The notes beneath the pieces were generated by a model, which was given only the letters and a program-made list of their open reading frames with translations, was not told the DNA's origin and ran no database searches. A DNA stretch of 64,000 nt from the human T2T-CHM13v2.0 reference genome, Homo sapiens, in the NCBI RefSeq assembly GCF_009914755.1, contig NC_060944.1; one strand, 5' to 3'. Below, piece after piece: positions 25,801 through 39,800 of this stretch; position 1 is the stretch's first letter; each line of letters opens with the position of its first letter. The position numbers were made by a program, and so were the translations under genes.

Positions 25801-27800
25801 GTGTTTCAAACCTTCTCTACGAAAGGGCTTGTTCTCCTCTGTGACGTCAATGCAAACATCCCAAAGAAGTTTCTGAGAATGCTTCTGTCTGGATTTTATC
25901 TGAAGACAATCCCGTTTCCAATGAAATCCTCAAAGATATGCAAATATGCTCCTGCAGATTCTACAAAAAGAGTGTTTCAAAACTGCTCTAGAAAAGAAAG
26001 GTTCGACTCTGTTAGTAGAGGGCACACATCACAAACAAGTTGCCGAGAATGCTTCTGTCTGATTTTTATGGGAAGATATTTCCTTTTCCAACACAAGCCT
26101 GAATGCGCTCCAAATGGACACTTCCAGATACGACAAAAGGAGTGTTTCAAACCTGTTCTGTGAAAGGGAACGTTCCATTCTGTGACTTGGATGCAAACAT
26201 CACCAAGTAGTTTCTCAGAACGCTGCTGTCTGCTTTTTATATGTATTCCCATTTCCAACGAAATCGTCAAAGCCAGCCAAATATCCACTTGCAGCTTCCA
26301 CAGAAAGAGTGTTTCAAAACTGCTCTCTCAAAAGACATGTTCAACTCTGTCAGTTGAGGACACACATCACAATGAAGTTTCTGAGAATGCTTCTGTCTAG
26401 TTTTTATGGGAAGATATTTCCTTTTTCACCATAGGCCTCAAAGTGCTCCAAATGTCCACTTCCAGGGAATGGAAAAAGAGTGTTTCCAACCTACTGTATG
26501 AAAGCCAATGTTCAACTCCGTGACTTGAATGCAACCATCACAAGGAAGTTTCTGAGAATGCTTCTGTCTAGGTTTTATATGAAGATATTCCCGTTTCCAA
26601 CGAAATCCTCAAAGCTATCCAAATATCCACTTGGAGATTCTACAAAAAGAGTGTTTCAAAACTGCTCTATCAAAAGAAAGGTTCTACTCCGTCAGTTGAG
26701 GACACACATCACGAGTAAGTTTCTGACAATGCTTCTGTCTAGTTTTTATGGGAAGATATGTCCTTTTTCACCTTAGGCCGGAAAGCGCTCCAAAGTCCAG
26801 TTACAGACACTACAAAAAGAGTGTTTCAAACCTGCTCTGTGAAAGGGAATGTTCAATTCTGTGACTTGAATGCAAACATCATAACGAAATTGCTGAGAAT
26901 GCTGCTGTCTGCTTTTTATACCTTATCCCGTTTCCAACGAAATCCTGAAATCCAGCCAAATATCCACTTGCAGACTCCACAAAAAGAGTGTTTCAAAACT
27001 GTACTGTCAAAAGAAATGTTCAACTCTGTTAGTTGAGGACACACATCAGAGACTAGCTTCTGAGAATGCTTCTGTCCAGTTGTTACGGGAAGATATTTCC
27101 TTTTTCTAAATAGGCCTGAATCCGCTTCAAATGTCCACTTCCAGATACTGCAAAGAGAGTGTTTCAAACCTTCTCTACGAAAGGGCATGTTCTCCTCTGT
27201 GACGTCAATGCAAACATCCCAAAGAAGTTTCTGAGAATGCTTCTGTCTGTATTTTATCTGAAGACAATCCCGTTTCCAACGAAATCCTCAAAGATATGCA
27301 AATATGCTCCTGCAGATTCTACAAAAAGAGTGTTTCAAAACTGCTCTATGAATAGAAAGGTTCGACTCTGTTAGTAGAGGGCACACATCACAAACAAGTT
27401 GCCGAGAATGCTTCTGTCTGGTTTTTATGGGAAGATATTTCCTTTTCCAACACAAGCCTGAATGCGCTCCAAATGGACACTTCCAGATACGACAAAAGGA
27501 GTGTTTCAAACCTGTTCTGTGAAAGGGAACGTTCCATTCTGTGACTTGAATGCAAACATCACCAAGTAGTTTCTCAGAACGCTGCTGTCTGCTTTTTATA
27601 TGTATTCCCGTTTCCAACGAAATCGTCAAAGCCAGCCAAATATCCACTTGCAGGTTCCACAAAAAGAGTGTTTCAAACTGCTCTCTCAAAAGACATGTTC
27701 AACTCTGTCAGTTGAGGACAAACATCAAAAAGATGTTTCTGAGAATGCTTCTGTCTAGTTTTTATGGGAAGATATTTCCTTTTTCACCATAGGCCTCAAA
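22900..27800. repeat. 2-HOR tandem duplication (period 2717 bp); boundaries approximate
   Basis: Shared 1-bp deletion ctctagaaaag (~23270/25987), ttgGatgc, cccAtttcc, atcaTaacgaaA and ctgTatttt (24533/27250) at 2717 bp offset. Confidence 0.85.
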
Positions 27801-30800
27801 GCGCTCCAAATGTCCACTTCCAGGGAATGGAAAAAGAGTGTTTCCAACCTGCTCTATGAAAGCCAATGTTCAACTCCGTGACTTGAATGCAACCATCACA
27901 AGGAAGTTTCTGAGAATGCTTCTGTCTAGGTTTTATATGAAGATATTCCCGTTTCCAACGAAATCCTCAAAGCTATCCAAATATCCACTTGGAGATTCTA
28001 CAAAAAGAGTGTTTCAAAACTGCTCTATCAAAAGAAAGGTTCTACTCCGTCAGTTGAGGACACACATCACGAGTAAGTTTCTGACAATGCTTCTGTCTAG
28101 TTTTTATGGGAAGATATGTCTTTTTCACCTTAGGCCGGAAAGCGCTCCAAAAGTCCAGTTACAGACACTACAAAAAGAGTGTTTCAAACCTGCTCTGTGA
28201 AAGGGAATGTTCAATTCTGTGACTTGAATGCAAACATCACAAAGAAGTTGCTGAGAATGCTGCTGTCTGCTTTTTAAACCTTAATCCGTTTCCAACGAAA
28301 TCCTCAAATCCAGCCAAATATCCACTTGCAGACTCCACAAAAAGACTGTTTCAAAACTGTACTTTCAAAAGAAATGTTCAACTCTGTTAGTTGAGGACAC
28401 ACATGAGAGACTAGCTTCTGAGAATTCTTCTGTCCAGTTGTTACGGGAAGATATTTCCTTTTTCAACTTAGGCCTGAAACCGCTTCAAATGTCCGCTTCC
28501 AGATAATGCAGTGAGAGTGTTTCAAACCTTCTCTACGAAAGGGCATGTTCTCCTCTGTGACGTCAATGCAAACATCCCAAAGAAGTTTCTGAGAATGATT
28601 CTGTCTGGATTTTATCTGAAGACAATCCCGTTTCCAAAGAAATCCTCAAAGATATGCAAATATGCTCCTGCAGATTCTACAAAAAGAGTGTTTCACAACT
28701 GCTCTATGAAAAGAAAGGTTCGACTCTGTTAGTAGAGGGCACACATCACAAAGAAGTTGCCGAGAATGCTTCTGTCTGATTTTTATGGGAAGATATTTCC
28801 TTTTCCAACACAAGCCTGAATGCACTCCAAATGGACACTTCCAGATACGACAAAAGGAGTGTTTCAAACCTGTTCTGTGAAAGGGAACGTTCCATTCTGT
28901 GACTTGAATGCAAACATCACCAAGTAGTTTCTCAGAACGCTGCTGTCTGCTTTTTATATGTATTCCCGTTTCCAACGAAATCGTCAAAGCCAGCCAAATA
29001 TCCACTTGCAGGTTCCACAGTAAGAGTGTTTCAAAACTGCTCTCTCAAAAGACATGTTCAACTCTGTCAGTTGAGGACACACATCACAATGAAGTTTCTG
29101 AGAATGCTTCTGTCTAGTTTTTATGGGAAGATATTTCCTTTTTCACCATAGACCTCAAAGCGCTCCAAATGTCCACTTCCAGGGAATGGAAAAAGAGTGT
29201 TTCCAACCTACTGTATGAAAGCCAATGTTCAACTCTGTGACTTGAATGCAACCATCACAAGGAAGGTTCTGAGAATGCTTCTGTCTAGGTTTTATATGAA
29301 GATATTCCCGTTTCCAACGAAATCCTCAAAGCTACCCAAATATCCACTTGGAGATTCTACAAAAAGAGTGTTTCAAAACTGCTCTATCAAAAGAAAGGTT
29401 CTACTCCGTCAGTTGAGGACACACATCACGAGTAAGTTTCTGACAATGCTTCTGTCTAGTTTTTATGGGAAGATATGTCCTTTTTCACCTTAGGCCGGAC
29501 AGCGCTCCAAAAGTCCAGTTACAGACACTACAAAAAGAGTGTTTCAAACCTGCTCTGTGAAAGGGAATGTTCAATTCTGTGACTTGAATGCAAACATCAC
29601 AAAGAAGTTGCTGAGAATGCTGCTGTCTGCTTTTTATACCTTATCCCGTTTCCAACGAAATCCTGAAATCCAGCCAAATATCCACTTGCAGACTCCACAA
29701 AAAGAGTGTTTCAAAACTGTACTGTCAAAAGAAATGTTCAACTCTGTTAGTTGAGGACACACATCAGAGACTAGCTTCTGAGAATGCTTCTGTCCAGTTG
29801 TTACGGGAAGATATTTCCTTTTTCAACATAGGCCTGAAACCGCTTCAAATGTCCACTTCCAGATACTGCAAAGAGAGTGTTTCAAACCTTCTCTACGAAA
29901 GGGCATGTTCTCCTCTGTGACGTCAATGCAAACATCCCAAAGAAGTTTCTGAGAATGCTTCTGTCTGGATTTTGTCTGAAGACAATCCCGTTTCCAAAGA
30001 AATCCTCAAAGATATGCAAATATGCTCCTGCAGATTCTACAAAAAGAGTGTTTCAAAACTTCTCTATGAATAGAAAGGTTTGACTCTGTTAGTAGGGGGC
30101 ACACATCACAAACAAGTTGCCGAGAATGCTTCAGTCTGGTTTTTATGGGAAGATATTTCCTTTTCCAACACAAGCCTGAATGCGCTCCAAATGGACACTT
30201 CCAGATACGACAAAAGGAGTGTTTCAAACCTGTTCTGTGAAAGGGAACGTTCCATTCTGTGACTTGAATGCAAACATCACCAAGTAGTTTCTCAGAACGC
30301 TGCTGTCTGCTTTTTATATGTATTCCCGTTTCCAACGAAATCGTCAAAGCCAGCCAAATATCCACTTGCAGGTTCCACAAAAAGAGTGTTTCAAACTGCT
30401 CTCTCAAAAGACATGTTCAACTCTGTCAGTTGAGGACAAACATCAAAAAGATGTTTCTGAGAATGCTTCTGTCTAGTTTTTATGGGAAGATATTTCCTTT
30501 TTCACCATAGGCCTCAAAGCGCTCCAAATGTCCACTTCCAGGGAATGGAAAAAGAGTGTTTCCAACCTGCTCTATGAAAGCCAATGTTCAACTCCGTGAC
30601 TTGAATGCAACCATCACAAGGAAGTTTCTGAGAATGCTTCTGTCTAGGTTTTATATGAAGATATTCCCGTTTCCAACGAAATCCTCAAAGCTATCCAAAT
30701 ATCCACTTGGAGATTCTACAAAAAGAGTGTTTCAAAACTGCTCTATCAAAAGAAAGGTTCTACTCCGTCAGTTGAGGACACACATCACGAGTAAGTTTCT

Positions 30801-33800
30801 GACAATGCTTCTGTCTAGTTTTTATGGGAAGATATGTCTTTTTCACCTTAGGCCGGAAAGCGCTCCAAAAGTCCAGTTACAGACACTACAAAAAGAGTGT
30901 TTCAAACCTGCTCTGTGAAAGGGAATGTTCAATTCTGTGACTTGAATGCAAACATCACAAAGAAGTTGCTGAGAATGCTGCTGTCTGCTTTTTAAACCTT
31001 AATCCGTTTCCAACGAAATCCTCAAATCCAGCCAAATATCCACTTGCAGACTCCACAAAAAGACTGTTTCAAAACTGTACTTTCAAAAGAAATGTTCAAC
31101 TCTGTTAGTTGAGGACACACATGAGAGACTAGCTTCTGAGAATTCTTCTGTCCAGTTGTTACGGGAAGATATTTCCTTTTTCAACTTAGGCCTGAAACCG
31201 CTTCAAATGTCCGCTTCCAGATAATGCAGTGAGAGTGTTTCAAACCTTCTCTACGAAAGGGCATGTTCTCCTCTGTGACGTCAATGCAAACATCCCAAAG
31301 AAGTTTCTGAGAATGATTCTGTCTGGATTTTATCTGAAGACAATCCCGTTTCCAAAGAAATCCTCAAAGATATGCAAATATGCTCCTGCAGATTCTACAA
31401 AAAGAGTGTTTCACAACTGCTCTATGAAAAGAAAGGTTCGACTCTGTTAGTAGAGGGCACACATCACAAAGAAGTTGCCGAGAATGCTTCTGTCTGATTT
31501 TTATGGGAAGATATTTCCTTTTCCAACACAAGCCTGAATGCACTCCAAATGGACACTTCCAGATACGACAAAAGGAGTGTTTCAAACCTGTTCTGTGAAA
31601 GGGAACGTTCCATTCTGTGACTTGAATGCAAACATCACCAAGTAGTTTCTCAGAACGCTGCTGTCTGCTTTTTATATGTATTCCCGTTTCCAACGAAATC
31701 GTCAAAGCCAGCCAAATATCCACTTGCAGGTTCCACAGTAAGAGTGTTTCAAAACTGCTCTCTCAAAAGACATGTTCAACTCTGTCAGTTGAGGACACAC
31801 ATCACAATGAAGTTTCTGAGAATGCTTCTGTCTAGTTTTTATGGGAAGATATTTCCTTTTTCACCATAGACCTCAAAGCGCTCCAAATGTCCACTTCCAG
31901 GGAATGGAAAAAGAGTGTTTCCAACCTACTGTATGAAAGCCAATGTTCAACTCTGTGACTTGAATGCAACCATCACAAGGAAGGTTCTGAGAATGCTTCT
32001 GTCTAGGTTTTATATGAAGATATTCCCGTTTCCAACGAAATCCTCAAAGCTACCCAAATATCCACTTGGAGATTCTACAAAAAGAGTGTTTCAAAACTGC
32101 TCTATCAAAAGAAAGGTTCTACTCCGTCAGTTGAGGACACACATCACGAGTAAGTTTCTGACAATGCTTCTGTCTAGTTTTTATGGGAAGATATGTCCTT
32201 TTTCACCGTAGGCCGGACAGCGCTCCAAAAGTCCAGTTACAGACACTACAAAAAGAGTGTTTCAAACCTGCTCTGTGAAAGGGAATGTTCAATTCTGTGA
32301 CTTGAATGCAAACATCACAAAGAAGTTGCTGAGAATGCTGCTGTCTGCTTTTTATACCTTATCCCGTTTCCAACGAAATCCTGAAATCCAGCCAAATATC
32401 CACTTGCAGACTCCACAAAAAGAGTGTTTCAAAACTGTACTGTCAAAAGAAATGTTCAACTCTGTTAGTTGAGGACACACATCAGAGACTAGCTTCTGAG
32501 AATGCTTCTGTCCAGTTGTTACGGGAAGATATTTCCTTTTTCAACATAGGCCTGAAACCGCTTCAAATGTCCACTTCCAGATACTGCAAAGAGAGTGTTT
32601 CAAACCTTCTCTACGAAAGGGCATGTTCTCCTCTGTGACGTCAATGCAAACATCCCAAAGAAGTTTCTGAGAATGCTTCTGTCTGGATTTTGTCTGAAGA
32701 CAATCCCGTTTCCAAAGAAATCCTCAAAGATATGCAAATATGCTCCTGCAGATTCTACAAAAAGAGTGTTTCAAAACTTCTCTATGAATAGAAAGGTTTG
32801 ACTCTGTTAGTAGGGGGCACACATCACAAACAAGTTGCCGAGAATGCTTCAGTCTGGTTTTTATGGGAAGATATTTCCTTTTCCAACACAAGCCTGAATG
32901 CGCTCCAAATGGACACTTCCAGATACGACAAAAGGAGTGTTTCAAACTTGTTCTGTGAAAGGGAACGTTCCATTCTGTGACTTGAATGCAAACATCACCA
33001 AGTAGTTTCTCAGAATGCTGCTGTGTGCTTTTTATATGTATTCCCGTTTCCAACGAAATCGTCAAAGCCAGCCAAATATCCACTTGCAGGTTCCACAAAA
33101 AGAGTGTTTCAAAACTGCTCTCTCAAAAGACATGTTCAACTCTGTCAGTTGAGGACACACATCACAAAGAAGTTTCTGAGAATGCTTCTGTCTAGTTTTT
33201 ATGGGAAGATATTTCCTTTTTCACCATAGGCCTCAAAGCGCTCCAAATGTCCACTTCTAGGGAATGGAAAAAGAGTGTTTCCAACCTGCTCTATGAAAGC
33301 CAATGTTCGACTCCGTGACTTGAATGCAACCATCACAAGGAAGTTTCTGAGAATGCTTCTGTCTAGGTTTTATATGAAGATATTCCCGTTTCCAACGAAA
33401 TCCTCAAAGCTATCCAAATATCCACTTGGAGATTCTACAAAAAGAGTGTTTCAAAACTGCTCTATCAAAAGAAAGGTTCTACTCCGTCAGTTGAGGACAC
33501 ACATCACGAGTAAGTTTCTGACAATGCTTCTGTCTAGTTTTTATGGGAAGATATGTCCTTTTTCACCTTAGGCCGGAAAGCGCTCCAAAAGTCCAGTTAC
33601 AGACACTACAAAAAGAGTGTTTCAAACCTGCTCTGTGAAAGGGAATGTTCAATTCTGTGACTTGAATGCAAACATCACAAAGAAGTTGCTGAGAATGCTG
33701 CTGTCTGCTTTTTATACCTTATCCCGTTTCCAACGAAATCCTCAAATCCAGCCAAATATCCACTTGCAGACTCCACAAAAATAGTGTTTCAAAACTGTAC

Positions 33801-36800
33801 TGTCAAAAGAAATGTTCAACTCTGTTAGTTGAGGACACACATCAGAGACTAGCTTCTGAGAATGCTTCTGTCCAGTTGTTACGGGAAGATATTTCCTTTT
33901 TCAACATAGGCCTGAAACCGCTTCAAATGTCCACTTCCAGATACTGCAAAGAGAGTGTTTCAAACCTTCTCTACGAAAGGGCATGTTCTCCTCTGTGACG
34001 TCAATGCAAACATCGCAAAGAAGTTTCTGAGAATGCTTTTGTCTGGATTTTGTCTGAAGACAATCCCGTTTCCAACGAAATCCTCAAAGATATGCAAATA
34101 TGCTCCTGAAGATTCTACAAAAAGAGTGTTTCAAAACTGCTCTATGAATAGAAAGGTTCGACTCTGTTAGTAGAGGGCACACATCACAAACAAGTTGCCG
34201 AGAATGCTTCTGTCTGGTTTTTATGGGAAGATATTTCCTTTTCCAACACAAGCCTGAATGCGCTCCAAATGGACACTTCCAGATACGACAAAAGGAGTGT
34301 TTCAAACCTGTTCTGTGAAAGGGAACGTTCCATTCTGTGACTTGAATGCAAACATCACCAAGTAGTTTCTCAGAACGCTGCTGTGTGCTTTTTATATGTA
34401 TTCCCGTTTCCAACGAAATCGTCAAAGCTAGCCAAATATCCACTTGCAGGTTCCACAAAAAGAGTGTTTCAAAACTGCTCTCTCAAAAGACATGTTCAAC
34501 TCTGTCAGTTGAGGACACACATCACAAAGAAGTTTCTGAGAATGCTTCTGTCTAGTTTTTATGGGAAGATATTTCCTTTTTCACCATAGGCCTCAAAGCG
34601 CTCCACATGTCCACTTCCAGGGAATGGAAAAAGAGTGTTTCCAACCTGCTCTATGAAAGCCAATGTTCAACTCCATGACTTGAATGCAACCATCACAAGG
34701 AAGTTTCTGAGAATGCTTCTGTCTAGGTTTTATATGAAGATATTCCCGTTTCCAACGAAATCCTCAAAGCTATCCAAATATCCACTTGGAGATTCTACAA
34801 AAAGAGTGTTTCAAAACTGCTCTATCAAAAGAAAGGTTCTACTCCGTCAGTTGAGGACACACATCACGAGTAAGTTTCTGACAATGCTTCTGTCTAGTTT
34901 TTATGGGAAGATATGTCCTTTTTCACCTTAGGCCGGAAAGCGCTCCAAAAGTCCAGTTACAGACACTACAAAAAGAGTGTTTCAAACCTGCTCTGTGAAA
35001 GGGAATGTTCAGTTCTGTGACATTAATGCAAACATCACAAAGAAATTGCTGAGAATGCTGCTGTCTGCTTTTTATACCTTATCCCGTTTCCAACGAAATC
35101 CTCAAATCCAGCCAAATATCCACTTGCAGACTCCACAAAAAGAGTGTTTCAAAACTGTAGTGTCTAAAGAAATGTTCAACTCTGTTAGTTGAGGACACAC
35201 ATCAGAGACTAGCTTCTGAGAATGCTTCTGTCCAGTTGTTACGGGAAGATATTTCCTTTTTCAACATAGGCCTGAAACCGCTTCAAATGTCCACTTCCAG
35301 ATACTGCAAAGAGAGTGTTTCAAACCTTCTCTACGAAAGGGCATGTTCTCCTCAGTGACGTCAATGCAAACATCCCAAAGAAGTTTCTGAGAATGCTTCT
35401 GTCTGGATTTTATCTGAAGACAATCCCGTTTCCAACGAAATCCTCAAAGATATGCAAATATGCTCCTGCAGATTCTACAAAAAGAGTGTTTCAAAACTGC
35501 TCTATGAAAAGAAAGTTTCGACTGTGTTAGTAGAGGGCACACATCACAAACAAGTTGCCGAGAATGCTTCTGTCTGGTTTTTATGGGAAGATATTTCCTT
35601 TTCCAACACAAGCCTGAATGTGCTCCAAATGGACACTTCCAGATACGACAAAAGGAGTGTTTCAAACCTGTTCTGGGAAAGGGAACGTTCCATTCTGTGA
35701 CTTGAATGCAAACATCACCAAGTAGTTTCTCAGAACGCTGCTGTCTGCATTTTATATGTATTCCCGTTTCCAACGAAATCGTCAAAGCCAGCCAAATATC
35801 CACTTGCAGGTTCCACAGAAAGTGTGTTTCAAAACTGCTCTCTCAAAAGACATGTTCAACTCTGTCAGTTGAGGACACACATCACAAAGAAGTTTCTGAG
35901 AATGCTTCTGTCTAGTTTTTATGGGAAGATATTTCCTTTTTCACCATAGGCCTCAAAGCGCTCCAAATGTCCACTTCCAGGGAATGGAAAAAGAGTGTTT
36001 CCAACCTGCTCTATGAAAGCCAATGTTCAACTCCGTGACTTGAATGCAACCATCACAAGGAAGTTTCTGAGAATGCTTCTGTCTAGGTTTTATATGAAGA
36101 TATTCCCGTTTCCAACGAAATCCACAAAGCTATCCAAATATCCACTTGGAGATTCTACAAAAAGAGTGTTTCAAAACTGCTCTATCAAAAGAAAGGTTCT
36201 ACTCCATCCGTTGAGGACACACATCACGTGTAAGTTTCTGACAATGCTTCTGTCTAGTTTTTATGGGAAGATATGTCCTTTTTCACCTGAGGCCGGAAAG
36301 CGCTCCAAAAGTCCAGTTACAGACACTACAAAAAGAGTGTTTCAAACCTGCTCTGTGAAAGGGAATGTTCAATTCTGTGACTTGAATGCAAACATCACAA
36401 AGAAATTGCTGAGAATGCTGCTGTCTGCTTTTTATACCTTATCCCGTTTCCAACGAAATCCTCAAATCCAGCCAAATATCCACTTGCAGACTCCACAAAA
36501 AGAATGTTTCAAAACTATACTCTCCAAAGTAATGTTCAACTCTGTTAGTTGAGGACACACATCAGAGACTAGCTTCTGAGAATGCTTCTGTCCAGTTGTT
36601 ACGGGAAGATATTTCCTTTTTCAACATAGCCCTGAAACCGCTTCAAATGTCCACTTCCAGATACTGCAAAGAGAGTGTTTCAAACCTTCTCTACGAAAGG
36701 GCATGTTTTCCTCAGTGACGTCAATGCAAACATCCCAAAGAAGCTTCTGAGAATGCTCCTGTCTGGATTTTATCTGAAGACAATCCCGTTTCCAACGAAA

Positions 36801-39800
36801 TCCTCAAAGATATGCAAATATGCTCCTGCAGATTCTACAAAAAGAGTGTTTCAAAACTGCTCTATGAATAGAAAGGTTCGACTCTGTTAGTAGAGGGCAC
36901 ACATCACAAACAAGTTGCCGAGAATGCTTCTGTCTAGTTTTTATGGGAAGATATTTCCTTTTCCAACACAAGCCTGAATGCGCTCCAAATGCACACTTCC
37001 AGATACGACAAAAGGAGTGTTTCAAACCTGTTCTGTGAAAGGGAACGTTCCATTCTGTGACTTGAATGCAAACATCACCAAGTAGTTTCTCAGAACGCTG
37101 CTGTCTGCTTTTTATAGGTATTCCCGTTTCCAACGAAATCGTCAAAGCCAGCCAAATATCCACTTGCAGGTTCCACAGAAAGAGTGTTTCAAAACTGCTC
37201 TCTCAAAAGACATGTTCAACTCTGTCAGTTGAGGACACACATCACAAAGAAGTTTCTGAGAATGCTTCTGTCTAGTTTTTATGGGAAGATATTTCCTTTT
37301 TCACCATAGGCCTCAAAGCGCTCCAAATGTCCACTTCCAGGGAATGGAAAAAGAGTGTTTCCAACCTGCTCTATGAAAGCCAATGTTCAACTCCGTGACT
37401 TGAATGCAACCATCACAAGGAAGTTTCTGAGAATGCTTCTGTCTAGGTTTTATATGAAGATATTCCCGTTTCCAACGAAATCCTCAAAGCTATCCAAATA
37501 TCCACTTGGAGATTCTACAAAAAGAGTGTTTCAAAACTGCTCTATCAAAAGAAAGGTTCTACTTCGTCAGTTGAGGACACACATCACGAGTAAGTTTCTG
37601 ACAATGCTTCTGTCTAGTTTTTATGGGAAGATATGTCCTTTTTCACCTTAGGCCGGAAAGCGCTCCAAAAGTCCAGTTACAGACACTACAAAAAGAGTGT
37701 TTCAAACCTGCTCTGTGAAAGGGAATGTTCAATTCTGTGACTTGAATGCAAACATCACAAAGAAATTGCTGAGAATGCTGCTGTCTGCTTTTTATACCTT
37801 ATCGCGTTTCCAACGAAATCCTCAAATCCAGCCAAATATCCACTTGCAGACTCCACAAAAAGAGTGTTTCAAAACTATACTCTCCAAAGAAATGTTCAAC
37901 TCTGTTAGTTGAGGACACACATCAGAGACTAGCTTCTGAGAATGCTTCTGTCCAGTTGTTACGGGAAGATATTTCCTTTTTCAACATAGGCCTGAAACCG
38001 CTTCAAATGTCCACTTCCAGATACTGCAAAGAGTGTGTTTCAAACCTTCTCTACGAAAGGGCATGTTCTCCTCAGTGACGTCAATGCAAACATCCCAAAG
38101 AAGTTTCTGAGAATGCTTCTGTCTGGATTTTATCTGAAGACAATCCCGTTTCCAACGAAATCCTCAAAGATATGCAAATATGCTCCTGCAGATTCTACAA
38201 AAAGAGTGTTTCAAAACTGCTCTATGAATAGAAAGGTTCGACTCTGTTAGTAGAGGGCACACATCACATACAAGTTGCCGAGAATGCTTCTGTCTGGTTT
38301 TTATGGGAAGATATTTCCTTTTCCAACACAAGCCTGAATGCGCTCCAAATGGACACTTCCAGATACGACAAAAGGAGTGTTTCAAACCTGTTCTGGGAAA
38401 GGGAACGTTCCATTCTGTGACTTGAATGCAAACATCACCAAGTAGTTTCTCAGAACGCTGCTGTCTGCTTTTTATATGTATTCCCGTTTCCAATGAAATC
38501 GTCAAAGCCAGCCAAATATCCACTTGCAGGTTCCACAGAAAGAGTGTTTCAAAACTGCTCTCTCAAAAGACATGTTCAAATCTGTTAGTTGAGGACACAC
38601 ATCACAAAGAAGTTTCTGAGAATGCTTCTGTCTAGTTTTTACGGGAAGATATTTCCTTTTTCACCATAGGCCTCAAAGCGCTCCACATGTCCACTTCCAG
38701 GGAATGGAAAAAGAGTGTTTCCAACCTGCTCTATGAAAGTCAATGTTCAACTCCGTGACTTGAATGCAACCATCAAAAGGAAGTTTCTGAGAATGCTTCT
38801 GTCTAGGTTTTATATGAAGATATTCCCGTTTCCAACGAAATCCTCAGAGCTATCCAAATATCCACTTGGGGATTCTACAAAAAGAGTGTTTCAAAACTGC
38901 TCTATCAAAAGAAAGGTTCTACTCCGTCAGTTGAGGACACACATCACGAGTAAGTTTCTGACAATGCTTCTGTCTAGTTTTCATGGGAAGATATGTCCTT
39001 TTTCACCTTAGGCCGGAAAGCGCTCCAAAAGTCCAGTTACAGACACTACAAAAAGAGTGTTTCAAACCTGCTCTGTGAAAGGGAATGTTCAATTCTGTGA
39101 CTTGAATGCAAACATCACAAAGAAATTGCTGAGAATGCTGCTGTCTGCTTTTTATACCTTATCGGGTTTCCAACGAAATCCTCAAATCCAGCCAAATATC
39201 CACTTGCAGACTCCACAAAAAGAGTGTTTCAAAACTATACTCTCCAAAGAAATGTTCAACTCTGTTAGTTGAGGACACACATCAGAGACTAGCTTCTGAG
39301 AATGCTTCTGTCCAGTTGTTACGGGAAGATATTTCCTTTTTCAACATAGGCCTGAAACCGCTTCAAATGTCCACTTCCAGATACTGCAAAGAGAGTGTTT
39401 CAAACCTTCTCTACGAAAGGGCATGTTCTCCTCAGTGACGTCAATGCAAACATCCCAAAGAAGTTTCTGAGAATGCTTCTGTCTGGATTCTATCTGAAGA
39501 CAATCCCGTTTCCAACGAAATCCTCAAAGATATGCAAATATGCTCCTGCAGATTCTACAAAAAGAGTGTTTCAAAACTGCTCTATGAATAGAAAGTTTCG
39601 ACTCTGTTAGTAGAGGGCACACATCACAAAGAAGTTGCCGAGAATGCTTCTGTCTGGTTTTTCTGGGAAGATATTTCCTTTTCCAACACAAGCCTGAATG
39701 CGCTCCAAATGGACACTTCCAGATACGACAAAAGGAGTGTTTCAAACCTGTTCTGGGAAAGGGAACGTTCCATTCTGTGACTTGAATGCAAACATCAACA

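Noticed and set aside
35995-36552. Longest ORFs (185 aa here and at 49591; 158 aa at 3368 and 15604; 180 aa at 54297)
   Set aside because: Each arises from a single SNP removing a stop codon (e.g. cctTag to cctGag); useful only as haplotype markers
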